This document shows, piece by piece, positions 18,227 to 30,225 of a DNA stretch of 64,000 nt. Location of the stretch: the NCBI GenBank assembly GCA_965213625.1, contig CBDBZU010000004.1, positions 3,040,001 to 3,104,000 on the forward strand. The letters run 5' to 3'. The notes beneath the pieces are model-generated. The model was not told the origin of the DNA, did not search any database, and saw nothing but the letters and a program-made list of their open reading frames with translations. Each line of letters begins with the position of its first letter. The first letter of the stretch is position 1. The position numbers and the translations under genes were made by a program. Source of the DNA: a bacterium (GTDB taxonomy: Bacteria > UBA8248).

Positions 18227-20569
18227 TCAAGCCAGCCCCCAAAGCCTCCGGGCGGTCCATTCCAGAGCAGGCAACAAAATGAGAATCATCCCAATCCAGG
18301 GGATGCTCCAGAGCCTCACGTCGCGCACCTCCATCACCCTGTGCGGCACCTTGCCCTTCAAGGCCTCCAGGACGCGGGCGGTCAAATCTTCCTCCCCCAC
18401 CGCGTCTGCGCGGAAAAACAACCCGCCCGTGTGCTTCGCCAGCGTTTGCAAATTCTCCCAGCGCGGGCTGACGTCGGCCCACTCCGCTTTGCCTGCTTCG
18501 CGGCCGATGCCGATCGTGCGCACCGCCTCGCCAATTACTTCTCCGCCCTGGACGGCCGTCATCCTCGCCCGATAGCTCCCGTTCCCGCGTGGGCGGAAGC
18601 GAACCTCGAATTCCCGGGAATCCGGGCGGTAGGCCGCGCTATACCGGCTGGTGACGCCATAGGGATCGCGAAGTTGCACACGCACCTGCGCCGCCTGAGC
18701 AGGCTGGTAGGATTCGTCCCTCACCTGCATCCTGAGAACGTAGGTTCCGTCTTTGCTTTGTTCCGCCTCGGGAAGTATCTGGACCTGGGAGCTTCCGGGG
18801 TCGCCCGAGAGCCACCTGATCATCTGCGCCACCAGGCGGATATAGAGACGGTTCGTCTTCTCCGCCGCCACCATCCCGAAATTCCACCGCCAGATATCAT
18901 CGGAGAAGATGCTCACGACCCTTCCCTCGCCTATCCGCTTCGTGGCGAGCAAGGGAACCCCGCCGTCTTTCGTCGATACGAGGATCTGCCCCTTCCCGAA
19001 CGGCGTCGTCGAATTGACGCGCCTCAAGGCGGGTAAAGCAGTCCAGAGCTTTTTGTTTTCCTCAATATCCGTGGAGAGTTGCGTGATGGGATGCCTGCCG
19101 CCGGTGGGTGTAAGCTGAGCGAGCAGGCGCCTTTGATCCTGATAATCATTCTGCTGCTGCAAGCGCACGGGCAAAAGATCCTCGATGGGGCTGCGGTAAT
19201 ACCCGCCCGCGCTGAAGGATTGCCTGCCGCCGAACTTGAGTAGCGCGCCGCCTTTGCGAACGTATTCCCCCACGCGCTCGAGGTAGTAGTTGCTGAAATA
19301 CTCCTGAGCGGAAAAATTATCGAAAACCACGATCTCGAAATTCTTGAGTTCTTCCAAAAACAGCTTGTCCACCGGAAAGGGCACGAGGCTCAGATGCCTG
19401 GTCGGAACGCCCGGGTCGTCCTCTGAGGTCCTCAGGAAAACGAACGACACGAGGTCGATGGCGGGGTCCCGCTTGAGCGCCATGCGCAAGAACCGATAGT
19501 TCCATGTGGGAGAACCCGAAATCGTCAACACACGAATCTTGTCCCGCCTTACCTCCAGGGGAATCTCGACGCGATTGTTCGACTCCACGATTTCGCCGCG
19601 CTGAACGGGTGTGACCACGCTGAGCACCTGGCTCCCTACTTCATTCGGCGTAAATCTGAATTTCACGAGACGGCGCAATGGACTGCGCCTGACGTCTATA
19701 GATTGCGTTCTGATGATGCGGCCCTCGCGCGTCAGGGCAACTGGCAGCTTGCGGCCTGAATAGCCCTTCACCGAAAGCGATACTTCCAGACTCATCTCCT
19801 TTCCCTGAAAGGCGATGCGCGGGGCCTGGATGTCCTGAATGGCGATATCGCGAAAAGAATCCGGCGCCCCGAAGCCCACTCCGATGAGGGGCGGAAAGGA
19901 TTTCACGTCCCCGGGCGGAAGAGCCGTCTCGGTGGTATCGCCGCCGTCAGTGAGCATCAAAACGCCGAGAGGGCCGTCCTGATGCTTACGCTCTACCTCC
20001 CCCGCCGTAACTCTTGACTCCCGGGCGCTGCGCAAAGCGCTGCGGATTGCGCCCAAGGGGTCGCTGCCCACCCCCTGGGCTTTCAGGTTTTCAAGCTCCT
20101 GTTCTCCCATGGGGGTTCTTCGAGCATCGTAGCGAGCGAGTTGCACGTCGTAGAGCTGCCTGAGGCCAGCGAGCAGGCTCGTGGGCGCATCTCCCTCATC
20201 CTCCTCTACCGGGGTTTGCGATTTTCCGAACTTTTTCGGGACCAGCAAAAAATCTTTTGCCAATTCGATGCGCGTTTTCTTGCTGTTTACGTCCTGAACG
20301 CTCATGCTCGCCGAACTGTCGAGGAGAACGAGCAGCTTCGGCGGCAGGGAACGCTCGCGCTTGTCGATCAGCGTGGGGCCCGAGAGGAAGAAGACGACCG
20401 CCGCATACAGCAGACCCCTCAGAATCTGAAGAAACCAGACGCGTCTCATGGGGAGTTTTTCGGCCAGATCGCGGTGCCTGCGCACGAGCGCCCAGCCCAG
20501 CCCGGCTGAGACGATGACGAGCACCCACCAGGGCGCGCCGCCGGGCCAATGGAGTGTGGACCAGTCCAT
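18227..20569 (-). CDS. vWA + class I glutamine-amidotransferase-like membrane protein
   Basis: LLDSSASM, LTDG, SGSPTWNYRFLR, LSLVPFP, GGALL..GG..SF..GGY, DDIWRW, EWTARR. Confidence 0.8.
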   Translation of the reverse strand: MDWSTLHWPGGAPWWVLVIVSAGLGWALVRRHRDLAEKLPMRRVWFLQILRGLLYAAVVFFLSGPTLIDKRERSLPPKLLVLLDSSASMSVQDVNSKKTRIELAKDFLLVPKKFGKSQTPVEEDEGDAPTSLLAGLRQLYDVQLARYDARRTPMGEQELENLKAQGVGSDPLGAIRSALRSARESRVTAGEVERKHQDGPLGVLMLTDGGDTTETALPPGDVKSFPPLIGVGFGAPDSFRDIAIQDIQAPRIAFQGKEMSLEVSLSVKGYSGRKLPVALTREGRIIRTQSIDVRRSPLRRLVKFRFTPNEVGSQVLSVVTPVQRGEIVESNNRVEIPLEVRRDKIRVLTISGSPTWNYRFLRMALKRDPAIDLVSFVFLRTSEDDPGVPTRHLSLVPFPVDKLFLEELKNFEIVVFDNFSAQEYFSNYYLERVGEYVRKGGALLKFGGRQSFSAGGYYRSPIEDLLPVRLQQQNDYQDQRRLLAQLTPTGGRHPITQLSTDIEENKKLWTALPALRRVNSTTPFGKGQILVSTKDGGVPLLATKRIGEGRVVSIFSDDIWRWNFGMVAAEKTNRLYIRLVAQMIRWLSGDPGSSQVQILPEAEQSKDGTYVLRMQVRDESYQPAQAAQVRVQLRDPYGVTSRYSAAYRPDSREFEVRFRPRGNGSYRARMTAVQGGEVIGEAVRTIGIGREAGKAEWADVSPRWENLQTLAKHTGGLFFRADAVGEEDLTARVLEALKGKVPHRVMEVRDVRLWSIPWIGMILILLPALEWTARRLWGLA

Positions 20570-20572
20570 CGT

Positions 20573-21421
20573 CTAGCCCTGGTTCAGCCTGCGCTGGATG
20601 AAGGGGTGGTGTATGAGGTCTTGCTTGTAGTTGCCCGTCATCGCGTAGAGAGAGATGTTGACGGCGAGTTGAAAGGCCGCGAGACGCTGGGGTTCCCCGC
20701 CGGGCGTGCACTCTTCGAGCCATCCGCCACCGGGACCCCTCGCCCACGCGCCGCCCAGGTCGTTTCGGCAGAAGATGACGGGGGTGAACATTCCCACATG
20801 GATACCCTGCAAGTCCTGGCTGACGGCCTGTCGCCCGCCAATGGAGCGGATCAGGTAATAACTCTTGAAAACGGCGTGTTCGCGCTGGAGCGCCTCGAAA
20901 GAAGTTCTCGGGAAGACCAGACGCATGAGATTCTCGACGGCGCCGCCAAAGGCTTCCCCCTCGAGCCCGAGCCCATCGTCGATGAGCAAAAATCCCCCGT
21001 AGGTGAGGTGGCGCCTCAGATTTTCAATCGCCCTCGAGTCAGGCATCTCGAACTCGTAGCGTCCCGACATATACAGGAAAGGATATTCGAAAATTTCGGG
21101 TGAGGAGATATCCACCACCTGCGCATCCCCTGCGGTTTCTATGCTCGTGCGCTTTCTCACCTCTCCGAGAAAAGAAGCCATCGCCGTGGCGTATTCCTGC
21201 CAGCGTCCGCCGGAATAGCGTAATTGGGCCGGCGTGAAATCGGGAAGTAGCGGCTTCTCCTCCTCGGAGGAGCGCGGGAAAAGATTTTTTTGCCACTCGC
21301 TCAGGGGTGAAGGGGATTGCGCGCTCACTCCACCGGGGAGGCCGAGCACCGCGGCCGCAGCCATTGCAGTGCGCGCGATGAACGCGCGGCGGCTCAAGAA
21401 TAAATTATGGGACATTGACAT
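20573..21421 (-). CDS. DUF4159 family protein with Tat-like signal
   Basis: SRRAFI signal; YPFLYMSG, LRRHL..GGFLLIDD, NDLGGAW, NISLYAMTGNYKQD. Confidence 0.88.
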   Translation of the reverse strand: MSMSHNLFLSRRAFIARTAMAAAAVLGLPGGVSAQSPSPLSEWQKNLFPRSSEEEKPLLPDFTPAQLRYSGGRWQEYATAMASFLGEVRKRTSIETAGDAQVVDISSPEIFEYPFLYMSGRYEFEMPDSRAIENLRRHLTYGGFLLIDDGLGLEGEAFGGAVENLMRLVFPRTSFEALQREHAVFKSYYLIRSIGGRQAVSQDLQGIHVGMFTPVIFCRNDLGGAWARGPGGGWLEECTPGGEPQRLAAFQLAVNISLYAMTGNYKQDLIHHPFIQRRLNQG

Positions 21422-22229
21422 CGGGCAACACCACGTAGGTCGTGGGCGGCGGCAGTCTTTTTCGCGTTAGCACGAGCTCGGTTTCCTGCGGGCGAAGGAC
21501 TCTCGTGATTCCCTCCGCCTTCAGGGCCTTTTCGAACTCGCCGGTCAATTCGGGACCGAAATAGTGCATCGGAATCACGATGTTGGGACCGATGCGCTTG
21601 ACGATCTTGGCCGCCACATCGTGAGGCACGGTGAAAGAGCCGTCAATCGAAAGCAAAAGCACGTGGATCTTCCCCAGGGCGCGAATCTGCCCGGGCGATG
21701 GTCCGAAGCGCGCGTTCCCGAAATGCGCGACGCATAGCCCGCCCGCCTGAAAAACGTGAATGGTGTTGAGGACGAAGGGATTGTTCTCGTCCCCGTCCAC
21801 CTGGGGGAAAGAGGCGATTCGCAGGTTCCCGAATTTCTCGTCGATGGCGTTGGGCTTTCCCTCCTGCGTCACGCCGAAAAAAATCTCCGATTTGCCCACG
21901 TAGGGTCCCGTCATGGAGTGGGTTTCGTGGAAATTGCTCACTGTGACGGCATCCGGCGGCGGGTCCAGAACAGGGATGACGTAGGGGTCCATGACGGCCC
22001 GCCCGCCGCCCGGGGCATCAATCAGAAAGCTCGAATGCCCTAAAAATTTAAGCCGTACTTCACGCGTTTGCCGAACGCTCTCCCATCCGCCTCTCATCGA
22101 GACGGGGATGAAACGCCCGTCGCGCTGGACGATTCCAGGTTTGCAGATGCCGTCCACCGCCCACGCGAGCGTTGACGAAAAGATGACGGACAAGAAGACG
22201 AACAGACTCAGCGAGATGATTTTTCTCAC
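21405..22229 (-). CDS. Secreted MBL-fold metallo-hydrolase
   Basis: LGHSSFLI, DP, SNFHETH, AHFGN, IPMHY. Start set at GTG 22229 before the signal peptide (ORF-track start 22523 overlaps the next gene). Confidence 0.82.
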   Translation of the reverse strand: MRKIISLSLFVFLSVIFSSTLAWAVDGICKPGIVQRDGRFIPVSMRGGWESVRQTREVRLKFLGHSSFLIDAPGGGRAVMDPYVIPVLDPPPDAVTVSNFHETHSMTGPYVGKSEIFFGVTQEGKPNAIDEKFGNLRIASFPQVDGDENNPFVLNTIHVFQAGGLCVAHFGNARFGPSPGQIRALGKIHVLLLSIDGSFTVPHDVAAKIVKRIGPNIVIPMHYFGPELTGEFEKALKAEGITRVLRPQETELVLTRKRLPPPTTYVVLPDVNVP

Positions 22230-22425
22230 CGGAGAACGAACTTCCCAGCGCGGGAATGAGCGACACTTCTCATAGGTGGGGTTCAATATACCGTCCCCCG
22301 AAATGAAATCGCTACTCAAAGATAGCGACAGCGCGGCGGCGCGAATGGGAAATTCTAGCGCATTTATCCACCCTGTGGATAGTCGCGCGCCGCTATCGGG
22401 TAATATATCGAAAGTAGCGGCATTC

Positions 22426-22965
22426 TCATCCGCGCGACGGTTCCCCCTGAGCGCTTCTGCGCCAAGGGGAAATCCATATCGCCGCGGCCAGGAGGCACGC
22501 CTTGAGCACGTCCGTGATGACATAGGCGCCGTGGTAGCGCCCGAATTCGCTCTGCACGGCGGGCGTTCCCGCAGAAGCTTCCCCGCTCGTGAGGATTCTA
22601 CCGAGCGCTTCTATTTTCGGCGAGAACCAAAAGACGTGCATACCCACGATGAGAAGCAGACACCCTGCCAGAACGGGCGATAAGCCGCGCATCCGCCCTG
22701 AGCGCCAGAGGAGGATAAACAGCAAGACACAGAAAACGATTTGCAGCCGGTTCCAGGCCTCGAATATGCGGGCGTTCACCTCTCGCGCGGCCATGCGGCC
22801 CTTGAGCTTCGTCTTCGAGGCGGGCTCGAACAGTTTCGACGCTACCGGGTTCTTCTGCGCATCGAACGTATCGAAGGAATTCGTCGCGGCCCACCAGACG
22901 CCCAGCGTGAGTGCGAGCCACGATACAAGAAGAGCAAAATGTAACGAGCGAACCAAAGCGGCCAA
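22426..22965 (-). CDS. DUF4149/TMEM205-like membrane protein
   Basis: Four hydrophobic helices; FGRYHG motif before the last TM. Confidence 0.7.
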   Translation of the reverse strand: MAALVRSLHFALLVSWLALTLGVWWAATNSFDTFDAQKNPVASKLFEPASKTKLKGRMAAREVNARIFEAWNRLQIVFCVLLFILLWRSGRMRGLSPVLAGCLLLIVGMHVFWFSPKIEALGRILTSGEASAGTPAVQSEFGRYHGAYVITDVLKACLLAAAIWISPWRRSAQGEPSRG

Positions 22966-23159
22966 ACCAGACTCCTCGAAACGAAAAGAGATATCCCCTC
23001 GTGAAGGTCCTCAATTTACTCGACAAGCCCCGCGCCTCACAAGCCGCAGGCGCAAGATGGGGCGGTTGAAAACGTTCCACGTCGCTCGGGATTGACCACC
23101 GACGTCATGACGAATAAAAAAACAATTTCGTCGTGGGTTCCGAGAAGAGAACGCCGCCT

Positions 23160-23850
23160 ACAGTAAGGACAGGCCCCCGTGCCTGTCCGCCGCCGCCGCC
23201 CCCCGGACCTTCATCCTGAGTAGGCCCGCCAGGGCCGTATCGAAGGATGGACCCGACTGGGGAGAGAGCGCCCCTTCGACAGGCTCAGGACAGGCCCTTC
23301 GATACGCGGCTTCGCCGCTACTCAGGGTGAGGGGTTCTGTGGACGCCTGGAAAACCACCCCCTACCCCCCTTTTGACAGGGGGGGCAAGAAAAGCCTTCC
23401 TGACAAGGGATTGTTGAAAAGTCCCGGGAAACGGATTTTGATCGCGCGTACGCCTTTGAAGTTCACTCCCTCTTGTTGAAAAAGCCCGGTGATGGAGAAA
23501 TTGAAGTGTAGGGACAACCCCTCCTCGGGGTTGTCCTGCCCTCCGTGGTTGTCCTTTTGCAGGATAGTTACAATCAGGACAGGCACGGAGGCCTGTCCCT
23601 ACGGGAGCATCATGTCGCCGACCGGAAGAAACAAGGTCTTTTTCAACAGACCCTTGAGGGGGGAGTGAAAAACCTTGGGGGTCATCTACCGAATAGCGAA
23701 GCCGGAGCATTTTCAACAGCCCGCGCGGCGCGGGTGTGCGCGGTGGTTTTGTAGCCGTAGGGACAGGTCGCGACCTGTCCTTACCGACTCCCTCCCCGAT
23801 CAACTCCATATGCCGAATCACACTGTAAATGGTTTTTCAACAACCCCAAG
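23160..23850. repeat. Nested cluster of REP-like palindromes and MITE-like ends (cluster A)
   Basis: GTAAGGACAGG..CCTGTCC 23163; CATCCTGAGTAG..TATCGAAGG / CCTTCGATAC..CTACTCAGGGTGAG pair 23212-23331 with nested CCCTTCGACAGGCTCAGG; five TGTTGAAAA/TTTTCAACA ends; REP doublet 23508-23602; palindrome 23757-23784. Confidence 0.85.
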
Positions 23851-23951
23851 GAGCGTCGCCCCGTCGCCATCCGAGGAAGTTATGCTGGACACTTCGCGTG
23901 GCGAACACTTAGAATGATTTGCGAGGCACCGCGGCTCACGGGGAGATTGCC

Positions 23952-25601
<1,650 letters not shown>

Positions 25602-25616
25602 AGCCGGAGCAGGAAA

Positions 25617-28358
25617 ATGCCTGACGATAAAGCGATCGCCATTACCATCGACGGCCGGGAAATCAAGGCCCGGGACGGCGCGACCATCTGGGAGGTGGCC
25701 CAGTCGATGGGCGTCGATATCCCCAGGCTATGCCATCAGCCCGGCATGGAGCCCGTGGGCGTATGCCGCGTATGCGCCATCGAGGTTAAAGGCGCGCGAA
25801 CGCTGGTTCCCTCCTGCCACCGGAAGATTGAACCCGGCATGGTGATCCGCACGGGAAGCGAGCGCGTCGTGCGCGCCCAGAAAACCCTGGTGGCCATGCT
25901 GATGGCGGACCACGGCGCGGAGTCCGAGTCCCAAAACTGCGAACTCACAGCACTCGCCGAGCAGATGAAAATCCAAAACGGCGTGAGCACCTTGCCGCCC
26001 AAGGAGACGGTGCGCGAGCGCGATCTCTCATCCGCCGTCATCGCCGTGGACCACAGCGCGTGCATCCTTTGCGACCGCTGCATCCGCGCCTGCACGGACG
26101 TTCAGGGCAACAACGTCATCGGACGCGGTGGTAAAGGCACGCATGCCGGCATCGTGTTCGACACCGATCTGCCCATGGGAGAATCCACCTGCGTCTCCTG
26201 CGGGGAGTGCATGGCCGCCTGCCCCACGGACGCGCTCACGAACAAATCCCTCACGCTGCAAATCGCCCCCGACAAGACCAAGGAGGTGGATTCCGTCTGC
26301 CCCTACTGCGGCGTGGGATGTTCCATCACCTATCAGGTGGCGGGCAACACGCTCCTGAGCGTCAGTGGGGATGAAACCAGTCCCGTGAACCAGGGAAGGC
26401 TCTGCGTGAAGGGGCGCTACGGGTTCGACTACGCGCATCACCCGGACAGGCTGACGACCCCCCTCATCCGAATAGAAGGCGCGCCCAAGACGAAGGAACT
26501 GCCCGGCAATCCGCTCTCCCTGTTCCGTGAGGCGAGTTGGGATGAAGCCATGGAACTCGCCGCAAGTTCGCTCCAGAAAATCCATGAGGACCACGGCCCC
26601 TCGAGCATGGCCGGCTTCGGTTCGGCGAAATGCTCGAACGAGGACAACTATCTTTTTCAGAAACTCATCCGCGCCGTGTTCGGCACGAACAACGTGGATC
26701 ACTGCACGAGGCTTTGCCACGCGAGCTCGGTGGCCGCTCTTTACCAGACCATCGGGTCGAGCGCGGTGAGCAACCCCTTCTCGGATGCGCTCAAGGCGGA
26801 TTTCATCCTCGTGGCGGGCGCGAACGCCACCGAAAACCACCCCGTGGCGGCCACCTTCATCAAGCAGGCCTCTACTGCGGGCGCCACGCTGGCCGTCGCG
26901 GACCCGAGGCGAATCGACCTCGTCGATCATGCGGACACCTTCGTGCAGTTCCGCCCCGGTACGGACGTGGCGCTGTTCAACGGGCTTTTGAACGTGGTGA
27001 TCGATGAAAAACTCTACGACGTCGATTTCGTCGCCGCGCGCACCGAGGGGTTCAATGAACTCGCAGAGAACGTAAAGCCCTATACGCCCCAAAACGTCGC
27101 CAAACTCACAGGCGTTGCCCCGGAAACGCTCCGGGCATTGGCCAGAGGGTATGCGACGGCTGAGCGCAGCATCATCTTCTGGGGCATGGGCCTCTCCCAG
27201 CACACCCACGGCACGGACAACTGCCGCGCGCTCATCGCGCTTTGCCTGATATGCGGGCAAATCGGGCGTGAGGGAACCGGCCTGCACCCCCTGCGCGGCC
27301 AGAACAACGTGCAGGGCGCATCGGACGTGGGCCTGATTCCCATGGTCTATTCCGCCTATCAGGACGTGGCCTCTCCCAGTATCCGCAGGAAATTCGAAAA
27401 AGCCTGGGGCCGGAAACTCGACCCAGTACCGGGCCTCACCGTGATGGAAATCGCCGACGCAGCCAACCGGGGCGAGATAAAGGGCATGTACATCATGGGC
27501 GAGAACCCGGCCATGAGCGATCCCAATCTCAATCATTCGCGGGGCGCGCTCGCCAACCTGGAATTCCTCGTCGTCCAGGACATTTTTCTCACGGAAACCG
27601 CCTATTTCGCAGACGTGGTGCTCCCTTCCACGGCGTTCCCGGAGAAAACGGGCACCTATACGAACACGGACAGGAGGGTGCAGATAGGAAGGCGGGCCAT
27701 CGACCCGCCAGGCCAAGCGCGCGAGGACTGGCGCATCGTGGCCGAACTCTCGGGTCGGCTGGGCTACCCGATGAAATATAAATCTGAAGCCGCCATTTTC
27801 GATGAAATCGCATCGCTGACACCGTTCATGGCAGGTATGTCTTATAAGCGCCTGGGGGAGCACGGACTCGTCTGGCCGTGCGCCAGACCCGATCGCCAGG
27901 GCACGGAAATCCTGTTCTCGAGATCATTCCCGTCAGGCCGAGGAAAGCTCATTCCCGTCCAGTATGCCCCCGCCAGGGAGATGCCGGACGAGGACTACCC
28001 TTTCGTGCTCAACACGGGTCGCAACATCTACCACTGGCATACGGGGGCCATCACCAGAAGGGCGCAGGCGTTAGAAGCCGCGGAGCCCGGCCCCTACGTG
28101 GAAATGTCGCCCGATGACCTGAAACGCCTGAAGATCAAAGACGGCTCGGACGTCCGCGTGGAATCGAGACGTGGTAATATCACCCTGCCCGCCCGGTCTT
28201 CATCGCGCGTGAGGCCAGGGCAGGTGTTCATCCCCTTCCACTATGTCGAGGCCGCCGCGAACCTGCTCACCGTAGACGACCTCGACCCCTACGGAAAAAT
28301 TCCCGAGTTCAAGTTCTGCGCCGTGCGGGTGAGGAAGACGAGGAGACAGCGGGGGTGA
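25617..28358 (+). CDS. fdhF: Formate dehydrogenase alpha subunit (Mo/W-bisPGD, Cys-type)
   Basis: N-terminal Fe-S clusters; CPYCGVGC, LCVKGRYG, NNVDHCTRLCH (Cys ligand), PLRGQNNVQG, KIPEFK. Confidence 0.93.
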   Translation: MPDDKAIAITIDGREIKARDGATIWEVAQSMGVDIPRLCHQPGMEPVGVCRVCAIEVKGARTLVPSCHRKIEPGMVIRTGSERVVRAQKTLVAMLMADHGAESESQNCELTALAEQMKIQNGVSTLPPKETVRERDLSSAVIAVDHSACILCDRCIRACTDVQGNNVIGRGGKGTHAGIVFDTDLPMGESTCVSCGECMAACPTDALTNKSLTLQIAPDKTKEVDSVCPYCGVGCSITYQVAGNTLLSVSGDETSPVNQGRLCVKGRYGFDYAHHPDRLTTPLIRIEGAPKTKELPGNPLSLFREASWDEAMELAASSLQKIHEDHGPSSMAGFGSAKCSNEDNYLFQKLIRAVFGTNNVDHCTRLCHASSVAALYQTIGSSAVSNPFSDALKADFILVAGANATENHPVAATFIKQASTAGATLAVADPRRIDLVDHADTFVQFRPGTDVALFNGLLNVVIDEKLYDVDFVAARTEGFNELAENVKPYTPQNVAKLTGVAPETLRALARGYATAERSIIFWGMGLSQHTHGTDNCRALIALCLICGQIGREGTGLHPLRGQNNVQGASDVGLIPMVYSAYQDVASPSIRRKFEKAWGRKLDPVPGLTVMEIADAANRGEIKGMYIMGENPAMSDPNLNHSRGALANLEFLVVQDIFLTETAYFADVVLPSTAFPEKTGTYTNTDRRVQIGRRAIDPPGQAREDWRIVAELSGRLGYPMKYKSEAAIFDEIASLTPFMAGMSYKRLGEHGLVWPCARPDRQGTEILFSRSFPSGRGKLIPVQYAPAREMPDEDYPFVLNTGRNIYHWHTGAITRRAQALEAAEPGPYVEMSPDDLKRLKIKDGSDVRVESRRGNITLPARSSSRVRPGQVFIPFHYVEAAANLLTVDDLDPYGKIPEFKFCAVRVRKTRRQRG

Positions 28359-28523
28359 GCGTATGACCGTCGGGTGTTCAACAAGAGCCAAACATCAAGT
28401 GTTACATTAGATTCAATACCAACACTTCCGACCAAGCAAGGCAAATATCCGCAAGCGGCGCATCCGGAGATACGGGGGTGGCCCACTCAGAGCGCAGGAA
28501 TGGTCCAGAGGCCAAGCCGTTCT

Positions 28524-28970
28524 CTAACGTACCGTCACCTTGAAGCTCTGCGTAACAGTGAGGCCAAAGGGGTCCGATGCTTCTACCGTGACGACCGTCG
28601 TGCCGGCTCTTATCGTTCTCACTGTCAAGTAGTTCGGACCACTTCCCCCGATCGCGGCGCTGGCAACGCCTTGACGGCTCGTGGATGAGCTGTAGGCCAG
28701 ACTGTCGAGGTCCGGGTCCGTAAAATAGGTGTCAAAACCTTCGGACCTCCATCGCTGCGGATTGCCGGGTTCATGCGTCAAGGTAATATCCGAGAAGGCC
28801 CGCAAGGTCGTGGGAGCGCCGTTTCTTGGCGGGGTGATCATCACTTCTGTTCCAGAACCACCTCCACCGCCGCCGCAGCCCGGCAGCGTCAAAGTGAGTA
28901 CCAGCGCAAACAAAAGCGCCAGGCATGAAAAAGGGGTTTCTATGAGGAATCGCTGCTTGAATCGAGACAT
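28524..28970 (-). CDS. Lipoprotein with a cadherin/Ig-like domain
   Basis: Hydrophobic signal ending LPGC, poly-Gly linker, then NGAP...YFTDPDLDSLAY...VTVEASDPFGLTVTQSFKVTVR. Confidence 0.75.
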   Translation of the reverse strand: MSRFKQRFLIETPFSCLALLFALVLTLTLPGCGGGGGGSGTEVMITPPRNGAPTTLRAFSDITLTHEPGNPQRWRSEGFDTYFTDPDLDSLAYSSSTSRQGVASAAIGGSGPNYLTVRTIRAGTTVVTVEASDPFGLTVTQSFKVTVR

Positions 28971-29268
28971 ACACTTTCTCCTCGTGGCGAAAGCAGCTAT
29001 CCGTCCACCCACAGACAACTTCTCTCATGATTTCGTCATAAAACCTGGATGAATCGCAGGATTTACACTTCCATCCCAGGCCGGGGCCTTTTGGAATTCG
29101 GCGTGCGCCAAATTGACCGCTTATGGTTTTCGGCGAGAAATATAATTTCATATGGTGTAACTAAATAATAATAAAAATACATGAAGCAGTAAAGCGATTC
29201 GCGCCCGCAAAATTTTTTGCTTTTTCTTCACCGATGAAAAATCGAGAGGGGTTCAGCCTTGTGGTTGC

Positions 29269-30174
29269 TCACCGAAAACTCGTGATCAGGAATCCCCCGA
29301 GCACGACGAGGCCAGCCGCGCCGAAAAGGCGCGCGTTCACGCGCTCCATATCGCCCATGAAGATGAGGCTCAGGAGCACCACCCAAATCGGGGCGGTGCG
29401 GCTTAAGGGCAGGACGACGGTGACGTCCGAGAACGTGAGGGTGTACCACAAAAGCCCCGTGGCGGTGGCGGAGAATAGTGAGCCCAGCAGTATCCAGCTG
29501 ACGTCGCGCCGGTCCGCCCGTATCTTGCCGCTCGCGCCCAGAAACGGCTTCGCCACCAGCAAAAAGAGAAAACCCGCCAGAAAGGCGAATCCCACCGCCG
29601 CGAAAGGCGTCCGCTGCTCGGCGTAGCCGATTTTCGCGATGACCGGCATGGCGGCGTACATGAACGAGGCGAAGACGGGGAACATCAGCGCGCGGCGGAA
29701 TTCGGGACCCATGCCGCCCTTGGCGACGTCCTTGCCCTCCCCCATCGAGATGAGCGCCACGCCCCCGACGATGGAGAGCGTGCCGAGCACGACCGCCACA
29801 CCCGGCTCTTCCCCCAGAAAGAAGGCGGCGAAAAAAACCGCCCATATTGGAGCCGAAGCCTGCACGGGGCTCGTCCGGCTCGCGCCGATGCGCTGGATGG
29901 CCGTATAGGAAGCCAGATGGCCCATTCCCTGCCCCAGACACCCCGCCAGCATGAACCACAGGACGGGCCTGAGGGATGAAGTCTGCAGCGTGCCCAGGGA
30001 AAAGGCGATGCTCAAGAGGAGCGCGCTCGCCACGGCGTTCGTGATGAGCACCCCTGTGATGGGAGAGGCGCTCCTCAGCCCCCGGCGGAAGGAAATGAGC
30101 GCCGCCGAGTAGATGAAAGACGATGAGAGAGCGAGGATTTCGCCCGCCATGAAAAAAGGAGCTTGCGCGTTCAT
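29269..30174 (-). CDS. DMT/EamA family transporter
   Basis: Ten TM helices in two EamA repeats; FLGEEP, VLPLSRTAPIW. Confidence 0.9.
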   Translation of the reverse strand: MNAQAPFFMAGEILALSSSFIYSAALISFRRGLRSASPITGVLITNAVASALLLSIAFSLGTLQTSSLRPVLWFMLAGCLGQGMGHLASYTAIQRIGASRTSPVQASAPIWAVFFAAFFLGEEPGVAVVLGTLSIVGGVALISMGEGKDVAKGGMGPEFRRALMFPVFASFMYAAMPVIAKIGYAEQRTPFAAVGFAFLAGFLFLLVAKPFLGASGKIRADRRDVSWILLGSLFSATATGLLWYTLTFSDVTVVLPLSRTAPIWVVLLSLIFMGDMERVNARLFGAAGLVVLGGFLITSFR

Positions 30175-30225
30175 GCGCGCGACTATACACGCCCCGAAGT
30201 ATTCACGCGAGAAAGGGTGAGTCTT

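Noticed and set aside
23158-23917. Short ORFs in repeat cluster A (also 33544-34448, 35001-35210, 36066-36582)
   Set aside because: Translations of REP/MITE sequence; the same pseudo-peptides (VVLLQD.Y.QDRHGG, GRDLSL) recur at different loci.
26028-27863. Long antisense ORFs (611 aa here; also 2466-3470, 12310-13320, 15300-16358)
   Set aside because: Shadow frames of well-supported genes in GC-rich DNA.
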